Position numbers and translations under genes: made by a program. DNA of 64,000 bases from Lingula anatina (Eukaryota > Animalia > Brachiopoda): positions 5,774,954 to 5,838,953 of the forward strand of contig CM120644.1 in NCBI GenBank assembly GCA_051362555.1, written 5' to 3'. Positions within the stretch are counted from its first letter, which is position 1; each line of letters begins with the position of its first letter. Shown here in pieces: positions 39,177 through 51,371 of the stretch. The notes beneath the pieces were generated by a model. It worked only from the letters and a program-made list of their open reading frames with translations, was not told the DNA's origin and ran no database searches.

Positions 39177-42100
39177 TTAAGTGACAGACAGTAAATATGC
39201 AATTCTGTTTGCATGTAATCCCTTATGAAAAAAAGGGGAGTTTCTGAAGGCGGTTATTCTCAAACAAAGTTTCCACGGGTGAACACTTTCGATTTCAATA
39301 CGGAACACCCAGTGCATTGAGAAATTCTAACTTTCCTACATTTTCTGACCTCCCCTAAAGATATGAAATCCATTAATGAGATAATGATTCAAACATATGA
39401 CGTTCAGGGCAGGTGACTGTTAGTATAATGGCGAAATCATGGTATGTTTACGACGTGGGGTGGTTGGGGAGAATAGGGGAGGTAAAGATAAACAAAATGC
39501 CGTTTGAAGTTGACGAGTGAAATTTTACTGTATTATCCAAGGCATGTCATAGAAAAACCAAATCGTTTCCTTTTGTTTTGGGGGGATTGGAAGGGGAGTA
39601 CCTCATAACTCAGGGGTGGGGACAGTGGACCAGTGTTAACCTGACCCCTAGATCACATGCTGGTCAACAGTTCCACCTAGGTCAAAGCTGAGCACATACA
39701 TCTTTTAGTGTTATATTATTAATTGCATTATTTAAAAAATCCTTTTCTTTTTTGATTATTTTACAATATTTGTGAACTTCAAATACAAAGAAATGCCCAA
39801 TATATGAAATGATGACTATATACACAAAGCATGCTTCAATGTACCCTCATATATCAAGGACCTCTATTATACAAGTAGCGTACAAAACTAATAATTATAT
39901 TGGCGAAAAAATAATTTTACCAGACTACTAACTGATCCTGTGGTTAGAGTATAGCTTCAACGGGTTTTATTGGAAACTAAGATCCAATATAAGGGATGAT
40001 AGTTACAACTCATTGTTAAATAAGAACGTAAATATTGGCAGATGGAATAATCCAAAACCTTAGGCCTATACCTAGAATGATGACCGTTAAAATCAAGGCA
40101 TGCAGATTGTCAACAGCGGTGGTTGATAATAAAGAAGCACCAACATAAAGCACTGTTTTTGTTTTATATCTGTTTTGTCAGGGAATTTTCCTGACGTTTC
40201 TACTTTGTTACTCAGTTTAATTAATGATGATTAATTAATGATTAATTAGACAGACTATGTTCGTAAAAGCCCGTCAAACCATCCATGTTGTGTAAAAGAG
40301 ATCAATACTCGTGATTTTCAATTACTATAAATAACTCAATCTATAAATTAGTTCTAAGGCAAATCAAATGTTTTAGTCATCTAATATTAGACAAAATGCT
40401 ACCATTGCATCAGCTTTGATAGAACACTTAACTTTTGACTCTCAAAAGCCTGTCAAACCCATGCATGTTGTTGACACAAAAGGTGCACGTGCGTTTACAC
40501 AATCGATGAAAATCTAGATTGTTTGCATTTTCGAAATGTTAAGTGACAGACAGTAAATATGCAATTCTGTTTGCATGTAATCCCTTATGAAAAAAGGGGA
40601 GTTTCTGACAACGGTTATTCTCAAACAAAGTTTCCACGGGTGAACACTTTCGATTTCAATACGGAACACCCAGTGCATTGAGAAATTCTAACTTTCCTGC
40701 GTTTTTCTGACCTCCCCTAGAGATATGAAATCTATTAATGAGATACTGATTCAAACATATGACGTTCAGGGCAGGTGACTGTTAGTATAATGGCGAAATC
40801 ATGGTATGTTTACGACGTGGGGTGGTTGGGGAGAATAGGGGAGGTAAAGATAAACAAAATGCCGTTTGAAGTTGACGAGTGAAATTTTACTGTATTATCC
40901 AAGGCATGTCATAGAAAAACCAAATCGTTTCCTTTTGTTTTGGGGGGATTGGAAGGGGAGTACCTCATAACTCAGGGGTGGGGACAGTGGACCAGTGTTA
41001 ACCTGACCCCTAGATCACATGCTGGTCAACAGTTCCACCTGGGTCAAAGCTGAGCACATACATCTTTTAGTGTTATATTATTAATTGCATTATTTAAAAA
41101 ATCCTTTTCTTTTTTGATTATTTTACAATATTTGTGAACTTCAAATACAAAGAAATGCCCAATATATGAAATGATGACTATATACACAAAGCATGCTTCA
41201 ATGTACCCTCATATATCAAGGACCTCTATTATACAAGTAGCGTACAAAACTAATAATTATATTGGCGAAAAAATAATTTTACCAGACTACTAACGGATCC
41301 TGTGGTTAGAGTATAGCTTCAACGGGTTTTATTGGAAACTAAGATCCAATATAAGGGATGATAGTTACAACTCATTGTTAAATAAGAACGTAAATATTGG
41401 CAGATGGAATAATCCAAAACCTTAGGCCTATACCTAGAATGATGACCGTTAAAATCAAGGCATGCAGATTGTCAACAGCGGTGGTTGATAATAAAGAAGC
41501 ACCAACATAAAGCACTGTTTTTGTTTTATATCTGTTTTGTCAGGGAATTTTCCTGACGTTTCTACTTTGTTACTCAGTTTAATTAATGATGATTAATTAA
41601 TGATTAATTAGACAGACTATGTTCGTAAAAGCCCGTCAAACCATCCATGTTGTGTTAAAGAGATCAATACTCGTGATTTTCAATTACTATAAATAACTCA
41701 ATCTATAAATTAGTTCTAAGGCAAATCAAATGTTTTTTTCATCTGAGACAAAATGCTACCATTGCATCAGCTTTGATAGAACACTTAACTTTTGACTCTC
41801 AAAAGCCTGTCAAACTCCTTCCTGTCACATGCCCAAGAAGAAGGTTCTAAATCAATCTTTATCTAATAAATTCTCATTTCTAAATTTTAAAGCTCATTCG
41901 AATCCAAATATATTTACAAAACAGCTCTTCTTCAGAAACATATTTTACTTCTTACTTTACTACGAATGATTCTGAAATTAGAAGCTAGATTTCTTATATG
42001 AGTGACACGTGGACCAGACAAAGACAACAACACATGTTTGGGTGCAACAAATACGGTACATTTTCTTTATTTTCATAAAAAATAATACTTTGTGATTGTT

Positions 42101-42811
42101 ATATGGCTCACGCAAGAGGTAAAACTATTTGAATACTTATCTAGCTCGCTTTTCTCCGCCAATTTACAACCAATCCTTATCTGAATCTATTTCAACATTT
42201 CATCCTCAAATAATTATGCACATTTCATTTCAACTGAACACATTTTATATTTCAACTAAGAAAGTCTACTAGTAGGCCTACTAACGAATATATTGCAAAA
42301 CATCATATCAATTCCTTATAAAGAGTCATTTTGGAGTGGCAACTATATAGTCGAGCAAACTTGATGAAAATAAAAAATAAAGTAAAACTTCGTGAGGTCA
42401 TGAGCAGTAACTCGGCGTTTTCCCCGACGCGTACAGGCGCCGGCTAAAAATTCTCATGTGTCAAGAGACAACCTGCAACTCCCACGCTTTAACCATCGGC
42501 AACTTACTCAATTATCATAGATGGGGTCCTTTATGGACATTAACCATTACATACATGTATCTGTAAGAAAGGTGAAATTATGAAGACGCTCGATTGTTTT
42601 CAATGTCCTACTACAGTGAATAAACCACAGGTCTCGCCGTCTACGTCTAAGGGGTTGTCCATTTTTATTATCATTTTCACTAGTTTACACGTCTCCATTT
42701 CCCAGAAACCCTGTTCAGAGAGTAAAAGATGAAAAGCTAAAACTGATGACCTTTGCCAGAACATCCATGGTCATTTTATATACAGTATTTCATTTAGCAT
42801 ATCTGGCTAAT

Positions 42812-43594
42812 TTACAATGTAAACCCATATGTTGTGCCGGGACTGGGGCGTATGCGGCGAGGGCGGCGAATATTACTCGGCTTGCGGAGGTTCCTGCAGA
42901 ATTGTGTGCATTTGTGGGTGTAAAAAAATGCTTCCACGCCCTCAGGCCCGAGATCAGCGTTGCCGTAGGTTCCTGCCTCGTCGGAATGAATCGCAGGGTC
43001 CGTCAGGAGATATTCGTCGGTATCCCTAACCCCTTGAATGTCGCAGACCAGGTATTTCCCATCGCTGTGAGCCCATGTCCAGTGAGAAAAAGCAGGGATA
43101 ATCACAACATTCATATCTGGGTTTACCCAACCGTTATTTGCGTTGAATTTCTGGTAGGTGCCACTCAAATAAGGCTCCATACAGACGTATTCGTTCTCAA
43201 AGACTATTTTGGCCGATTCTTTATCATGAATGTCGAACAACCAGAAAAGCTTAAAACCCGCCCGTTTTTCCATTTTGGCGACCATTGGGATCATGAATTT
43301 AATTGGCCGTGTGGAAGGAACAGCCTCATTGAACTTTGTGGCCAGAGATTGGGCCATTTTCGAAATGGCCACATCAGTATTCCAATCTGTGATGTGCTTT
43401 GCGTATTCTTTCTTGAATACTTTGACTACACATTGGTCCCCGCCACGAGGGCCCCTGCCATGCAGGTGTCCCTTAAAAGCATGGCGAAACGCGCCTGATG
43501 AAAACGGCTTAGGCTCGAAGTCTGCCCAGTACTGGTCACCGCTCTCGTCAGACCACGTGGACATGTAGGTTTCGTTACTCTGCTCTGCTCCCAT
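42812..43594 (-). CDS. Standalone alpha-type protein kinase, 260 aa, copy 2
   Basis: Identical to copy 1 except C18S. Confidence 0.95.
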   Translation of the reverse strand: MGAEQSNETYMSTWSDESGDQYWADFEPKPFSSGAFRHAFKGHLHGRGPRGGDQCVVKVFKKEYAKHITDWNTDVAISKMAQSLATKFNEAVPSTRPIKFMIPMVAKMEKRAGFKLFWLFDIHDKESAKIVFENEYVCMEPYLSGTYQKFNANNGWVNPDMNVVIIPAFSHWTWAHSDGKYLVCDIQGVRDTDEYLLTDPAIHSDEAGTYGNADLGPEGVEAFFYTHKCTQFCRNLRKPSNIRRPRRIRPSPGTTYGFTL

Positions 43595-44189
43595 TTCGTT
43601 CTGAAAGTGAAAGCAATCGCTTTCATTATTTTTTAATCTATTTTCATTATGTTACGAGTAAATGCATGGGCATAAACGTAAAATGAAAGTGGTTGCTACT
43701 TCTTCGGGCTATTTTAGAAATGAACATCTGTGACAAGATGGTAGTCGGCTGGGAACTGTTCGAAGTCCGTTTTCCATTACTCGAGTCTGTACTGGTGACA
43801 TGCATATACAATGACCCCAATACCTCCAATTTACTGAGCCTAAAGGTTGTTAAAAGGACTTTTACATCCTATTCACACAACAAACAGTTAAAAAATACAT
43901 TGCGGATTGAAATACTCAAAAGCTTACCTAAAAGAATGACCGTAAGAACCAAGCAATGCTGACTGTCAACGGCGATGGCTGTTCGTTAAGAAGACCCAAC
44001 AAACAACACCGTCTTCGTTTTTTATACTGCTTTGTCATGGAATTTCCACGAAGTTTTTCCATTGTTTACTCATTCCATTTACTCACTGTCAAAAGCCTGT
44101 CAAACCCATGCATGTTGTTGACACAAAAGGTGCACGCGCGTTAACACAATCGATGAAAATCTAGATTGTTTGCATTTTCGAAATGTTAA

Positions 44190-44567
44190 AGGTACATACG
44201 AACCGAGCATCGGTGGAGCGTGGATTCCCAGTAACACATGTAAACCACTTCTACTAGTTTCTTATACGACTCAAATGATTTCGATATGCCAAGGGATAAA
44301 CTGAATAGATCACACGATCAGCCATAAAAAAACCTTTAGACTGCTCCTTTCTTTAAATTTTTGGTCGGAAATTTAACCTACTTTTGTGACCTGCTTTTCT
44401 GCCCCATTGACATACAGCATAGAATGCTAACAGAAAAATCCGTTCAAACATCATTTTAGGGTAAAATTAAACAATGCCTTTTGGTAATTCTCTTAGTTAT
44501 ACTACTTGAAACTATATGCTGGCATTTGGTTGGTTTTTGTGACAAAAAATTGACTTTGTATGCATCT
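44190..44567. mobile_element. Same TTAA element, copied with the 5391-bp duplication
   Basis: Identical termini and TTAA TSD at offset 5391. Confidence 0.85.
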
Positions 44568-47453
44568 TTAAGTGACAGACAGTAAATATGCAATTCTGTT
44601 TGCATGTAATCCCTTATGAAAAAAAGGGGAGTTTCTGAAGGCGGTTATTCTCAAACAAAGTTTCCACGGGTGAACACTTTCGATTTCAATACGGAACACC
44701 CAGTGCATTGAGAAATTCTAACTTTCCTACATTTTCTGACCTCCCCTAGAGATATGAAATCCATTAATGAGATACTGATTCAAACATATGACGTTCAGGG
44801 CAGGTGACTGTTACTATAGTGGCGAAATCATGGTATGTTTACGACGTGGGGTGGTTGGGGAGAATAGGGGAGGTAAAGATAAACAAAATGCCGTTTGAAG
44901 TTGACGAGTGAAATTTTACTGTATTATCCAAGGCATGTCATAGAAAAACCAAATCGTTTCCTTTTGTTTTGGGGGGATTGGAAGGGGAGTACCTCATAAC
45001 TCAGGGGTGGGGACAGTGGACCAGTGTTAACCTGATCCCTAGATCACATGCTGGTCAACAGTTCCACCTGGGTCAAAGCTGAGCACATACATCTTTTAGT
45101 GTTATATTATTAATTGCATTATTTAAAAAATCCTTTTCTTTTTTGATTATTTTACAATATTTGTGAACTTCAAATACAAAGAAATGCCCAATATATGAAA
45201 TGATGACTATATACACAAAGCATGCTTCAATGTACCCTCATATATCAAGGACCTCTATTATACAAGTAGCGTACAAAACTAATAATTATATTGGCGAAAA
45301 AATAATTTTACCAGACTACTAACTGATCCTGTGGTTAGAGTATAGCTTCAACGGGTTTTATTGGAAACTAAGATCCAATATAAGGGATGATAGTTACAAC
45401 TCATTGTTAAATAAGAACGTAAATATTGGCAGATGGAATAATCCAAAACCTTAGGCCTATACCTAGAATGATGACCGTTAAAATCAAGGCATGCAGATTG
45501 TCAACAGCGGTGGTTGATAATAAAGAAGCACCAACATAAAGCACTGTTTTTGTTTTATATCTGTTTTGTCAGGGAATTTTCCTGACGTTTCTACTTTGTT
45601 ACTCAGTTTAATTAATGATGATTAATTAATGATTAATTAGACAGACTATGTTCGTAAAAGCCCGTCAAACCATCCATGTTGTGTTAAAGAGATCAATACT
45701 CGTGATTTTCAATTACTATAAATAACTCAATCTATAAATTAGTTCTAAGGCAAATCAAATGTTTTTTTCATCTGAGACAAAATGCTACCATTGCATCAGC
45801 TTTGATAGAACACTTAACTTTTGACTCTCAAAAGCCTGTCAAACCCATGCATGTTGTTGACACAAAAGGTGCACGTGCGTTTACACAATCGATGAAAATC
45901 TAGATTGTTTGCATTTTCGAAATGTTAAGTGACAGACAGTAACTATGCAATTCTGTTTGCATGTAATCCCTTATGAAAAAAGGGGAGTTTCTGACAACGG
46001 TTATTCTCAAACAAAGTTTCCACGGGTGAACACTTTCGATTTCAATACGGAACACCCAGTGCATTGAGAAATTCTAACTTTCCTGCGTTTTTCTGACCTC
46101 CCCTAGAGATATGAAATCTATTAATGAGATACTGATTCAAACATATGACGTTCAGGGCAGGTGACTGTTACTATAGTGGCGAAATCATGGTATGTTTACG
46201 ACGTGGGGTGGTTGGGGAGAATAGGGGAGGTAAAGATAAACAAAATGCCGTTTGAAGTTGACGAGTGAAATTTTACTGTATTATCCAAGGCATGTCATAG
46301 AAAAACCAAATCGTTTCCTTTTGTTTTGGGGGGATTGGAAGGGGAGTACCTCATAACTCAGGGGTGGGGACAGTGGACCAGTGTTAACCTGACCCCTAGA
46401 TCACATGCTGGTCAACAGTTCCACCTAGGTCAAAGCTGAGCACATACATCTTTTAGTGTTATATTATTAATTGCATTATTTAAAAAAAATCATTTTCTTT
46501 TTTATTCTTTTACAATATTTACAAGGCATGCAGATTGTCAACAGCGGTGGTTGATAATAAAGAAGCACCAACATAAAGCACTGTTTTTGTTTTAGGCCTA
46601 TATCTGCTTTGTCAGGGAATTTTCCTGACGTTTCTACTTTGTTACTCAGTCTAATTAATGATGATTAATTAGACAGACTATGTTCGTAAAAGCCTGTCAA
46701 ACCATCCATGTTGTGTTAAAGAGGTCAATACTCGTGGTTTTCAATTACTATAAATAACTCAATCTATAAATTAGTTCTAAGGCAAATCAAATGTTTTAGT
46801 CATCTAATATTAGACAAAATGCTACCATTGCATCAGCTTTGATAGAACACCTAACTTTTGACCAAGGTCATTCCCGTTAAAAGTACATAGTTTCGTTGCT
46901 TGTCGACGCAAAAAGCGCACGTGTGTAAACACTATCGACGATAATGTGGACCGTTTTTATCTGGAGATTGTTTCCAATTACGAAATGTTAAGTGATAGAC
47001 AGTAAAAATACAATTGTGTTTGCAAGTAATTCCATATGAAACAAATTGGGAGTTTTCTGACGGCGGTTATTCTCAAACAAAATTTCCACGGGTGAACACT
47101 TTCGATTTCAATATGGAATACCCAGTGTATTAAGAAATTCTAACTTTCCTACGTTTTTCTGACCTCCCCTAGAGATAAGAAATCCGTTAACGAGATATTG
47201 ATTCAAACATATGATGTTCAAGGCAGGTTACTGTTAGTATACTGGTGAAACCATGGTATGTTTACGACGTGGAGTGGTTGGGGAGAATGGGGGAGGTAAA
47301 GATAAACAAAATGCCGTTTGAAGTTGTCGAGTGAAATCTTATTGTAATATCCAAGGCATGTCATAGAAAAAGCAAACCTTTTCCCTTTGTTTTGGGGGGA
47401 TTGGAAGGGGAGTACCTCATAGCTAAGGGGTGTGGATAGTGAAACAGTGTAAA

Positions 47454-47953
47454 CCCAGCAGGCATACTTGCGTTGGATCAACGTTGAAAACAGGTTGATA
47501 CGTTGAATTGCCGTTGATCTACCTAAATTCAAAGTAAAATCAACGTTGATCCAGCCACGTCGAAACACCGTCATAATGTGACGTTGACTCAACGTTGTAT
47601 TTTGGTCAATGACACAACCTTGCAGTTATGGATTGTAATTTAAAATATTAATTATTGAAAACGTGATACTTTGTTTATCAATACTGTAACTAAATTTATC
47701 AAAATAATAGCAAAAAGGTTTTAAAGTAAAAGTGACAGTTATTTTGTGTCTTTAGTTTACTAGTGAATTTTCTAAACTTGTTATTCAGAAATACATTCCA
47801 ATAAACTGAATTCCTTGCAAGGTCAGCTAACACTAGGATGAATAAGTTGCTGTAAATGTGATGGAGTTAACAGTTCTTGGTAACCTGCTATAGATAGACA
47901 GGTTGAGGTGACTGTGACTTTGTTATATATATATATATGGTTATAGTTATCTT

Positions 47954-47997
<44 letters not shown>

Positions 47998-48256
47998 AAA
48001 AGAACTTGATATATTAATCTAAACCTTGAAAACTTTAACTTAAAGGCCATACATTTATACCCTACATATATTTAGCCATCAAACATGTCCTACTGCTATA
48101 CACATCCAGGCTAATTTCCCGCTTGTTTTCTGACGTTGATACAACGTTGTTATCTACGGTTGACACAACTTTCAAATCCAACATTTATCCAATGCCTTCT
48201 CAACGTTATGGTTCATCGTTGTTTCAACGTTAAAACAACATAATTTGCCCGCTGGG
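47454..48256. mobile_element. Non-autonomous DNA transposon, 2-bp TSD (AA), EnSpm/CMC-like, containing a (TA)n run
   Basis: CCCAGCAGGCA and TGCCCGCTGGG termini; subterminal CAACGTTG repeats; empty site cagtgtt-aa-cctgacccctag in the other sub-repeats (e.g. about 39637). Confidence 0.8.
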
Positions 48257-49371
48257 AACATGACCCCTAGATCAACTACTGGTCACCAGTTCCACTAGGT
48301 CAAAGATGAGCATATACGTCTATTGGTGTAATATTATTGATTGCATTATTTTAAAAAATTCATTTTCTTTTATATTCTTTTACAATATTTGTCAACTTCA
48401 AATACAAAGGAATGCCCAAGATATCAAATGATGACTACATACACAAAGCATGCTTCAATGTACCCTCATATATCAAGGGCCTATAATATACAAGTAGCGT
48501 ACAAAACTAAAATATTGGCGATACAATAATTTTTATCAGACTACTAACGGACCCTGTGGTTAGAGGGTATCTTCAACGCGTCTTATTGGAACCTAGGTAC
48601 TAAGATATGCTTTCAAATAGGATTAGTCCCTAGCTAAACACCGTGCCCAGTTTCATTTCTTGATGCATGGCAAAGATATTTTGAGATTGCATTACCAAAA
48701 GGCATCTTTGAACAAGGCTTATCTTCTTGAAAAATTCCCTCAATAAGCTAACGATTCGAGAATAAACCAGTCGTTCTCTGCACTGTGAACTATTCTGTAC
48801 AATACAATGAATTTGCGCTTCAAAAGAGTCTCTTATGAAAGAGCTTACATGTTGGAATGTCAACAACCATAAACCGACGGAAAAACAGAGAAAAAAATAT
48901 ATATAAATTGATCCCCAATAAAGACACCACCTCCACAGTTGTCGGATGCAACTATACTGTGATACATTTCTTTTATATCAACGAATAACAACTCTATAAA
49001 CAAATGTTAATTAACATTTTCTTCACATTTTATTCCCGTTTATAGAGATTCCCAGGTCACAAGACACGCTAATCATCGTGTTCTAGTATTTTTGACTGAT
49101 GCTTTGGAGGCTCACAAAGCCCACGTAAAAGATTAATCTTGTTTATGTTAGTTGAGGTATCGCTGGGTTCCAAACATTGGCATACACCTCTGTGACAAAT
49201 GTCAGAGTGACTGTTGCCCACAGATGATGAATACAAGTGCACTATATGCACCTGTCCTAATCTGTGTTTTAAATAAGTTATCGTACTCCAAGCAAGTAAA
49301 ATTGGCATAACAGAAGTCATATATTCTGCCTTCAATATTATAAAGAGATCTTCATGTATATGGGTTCTGAC

Positions 49372-51304
49372 TCATTTTTTCTTCTTTTTCTTCTTCTTTG
49401 TCTGGCTCTGTCCTGTGTTGAACTTCTGTGTTGCTGGCATATCTATAGGAAAACGAATAAAAATTATTTAAATGATACATTCAGGGAATCAAAATACAAA
49501 CAATTCAAGCACATAACACTTATGAAACATACATAAATGAAATGGAAGTATAAATTCGGAGTCTACTGAGCTTAGCAGGCAGCATATGATAAAAAAATAA
49601 AAACCGTTAATGCACAAATATTCAAAATAAAACAGAGGTGTGATAAAAAAACTGAAATTGGTTTAGAGAGAACTTCAATGGCAAAAGTTCAACCAAGGCA
49701 GAATTGAAATAACTATTAAATAAAAATATATTTTCAAAAAATCGTAAAAGACCCAGATGTAGCTAAAATGAAAACCACAATGACTTCTTTCCTTCCTGCA
49801 AAGCTGCCTATACTAAAACAATCACCATTCACCATATGCTGTGAATACACCTCATATTTACAGATATTTGTCCACAGATCAACAAGATTAAAAAAAAAAA
49901 CTTTTTTCACTGGCTCAGGCAGTCTAATTATACTATAAGTCTGCATACCTTTGGGGTCAAAAGTTGCTGGTATACGGTCAAACTTTTTATGGTAGTAAGG
50001 CAGCATCACGTTGGTGTCAACAGGTATCCACTGGCTATCTTCTCTGTGGTGGTCAGTGGTCAAGTCAGTACACAGGTAAGTATTGTGGAGATTATAGCTG
50101 CCCCTGGACAATATGGATATAAACTGATGTAGCGAGGACTTCATGAGCAAAGACCTCCACCAAGGAAATATGGCAGTCAAATAATCAAAAATAAATAAAT
50201 AAATATTGGGATTCATACCTAAATTTAAATTGTAAATTGTAATCACTTTTTTCGCTCATGAATATGTGCTATAGTACACTGAAAGATCAGTGCTACATTT
50301 ATCTTTTTTCACTTCTGGAATAAGTAATTCTCTTAACACATTCAGTTCTGCTGCTTTTCGATTAGCCTTTAACTCATAACCAGATAATACAATATTCCCA
50401 CTTACTTCTTATCTGGATCTGTGCTTCTCCTGATATGACAGGTGCTGTCTCCCTTTTCATGACTCAGCAGGTAATGTCCTTCAGGTAACCTTAAAAATTA
50501 ATTAATTAATTGATGGAAGTTAAAAATAAATCATTAAAGTAAATACTATACAAAGGCCTCATTCAGAACAGGAGACTAACTAGACTGAGGGTCAAATATG
50601 GCCGACCCACTTGAATACTTCCCCGCGGGATATCTATTCAATGTCTATTAGCGGATTAGATAGCAAGCTTTGAAGTGGGTCGCCACATTTGGCCCTCAGA
50701 CAAGTTAGTCCCCTATTCTGAACAAAGCCATAGAAACAAACTGAACACAAGTTTAGAGCACATTTTGTGGTTGACCACAGAGCTTGAAAGCCTACTAGTC
50801 AAAAGACTTGTAAATTTCCAGTTTGGATCCACCTGAATCACTTCACTATCAAATCTTATCTAGCATACTACAAGCAATTTTGACCTACGTTGCTAGTTTC
50901 TCCAACACATGGTAAACCACAGGCATTGTGTTGTCAGGGCTGAAAATAGTAATTACTATAATTTATATTAAATATTTATGTTTTGTTAGTTAAAGTGTCT
51001 TCAGAGATAATATGTTTCAAAGCACGCAACCACTTTCACCAGTGACAAGAAATTTAGTCCAAAAATCTGTCTACTTTTGACTAAAATTAAATTGACAGTT
51101 ATATCAATTGAACTGAGAAAATTGAGTTGGTTTCATAACAAAACAAGAAAAAATATGGTTAAGCTTTATTATATTATAATTGTAATTACAGTTGAAGTGA
51201 CCCACCTGAATGGACACCTGGGGTACAGGATTTTAGACGTGTCCAGCTCCTCTAGGGTCATCACCTCTGAGGTGAACACATTGATTCTTGCTGGAAACAA
51301 ACAA

Positions 51305-51371
<67 letters not shown>

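Larger units (their letters stand above)
36423..46490. repeat. Near-perfect tandem duplication, period 5391 bp (unit 1 36423-41813; unit 2 from 41814), with nested sub-repeats of about 1.37 kb continuing as diverged copies to about 48600
   Basis: All ORFs repeat with offset 5391; junction aaaagcctgtcaa|actccttcctgtc at 41814; sub-repeat starts at about 38700, 40445, 44090, 45830, with an older partial copy from about 46980. Confidence 0.95.
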
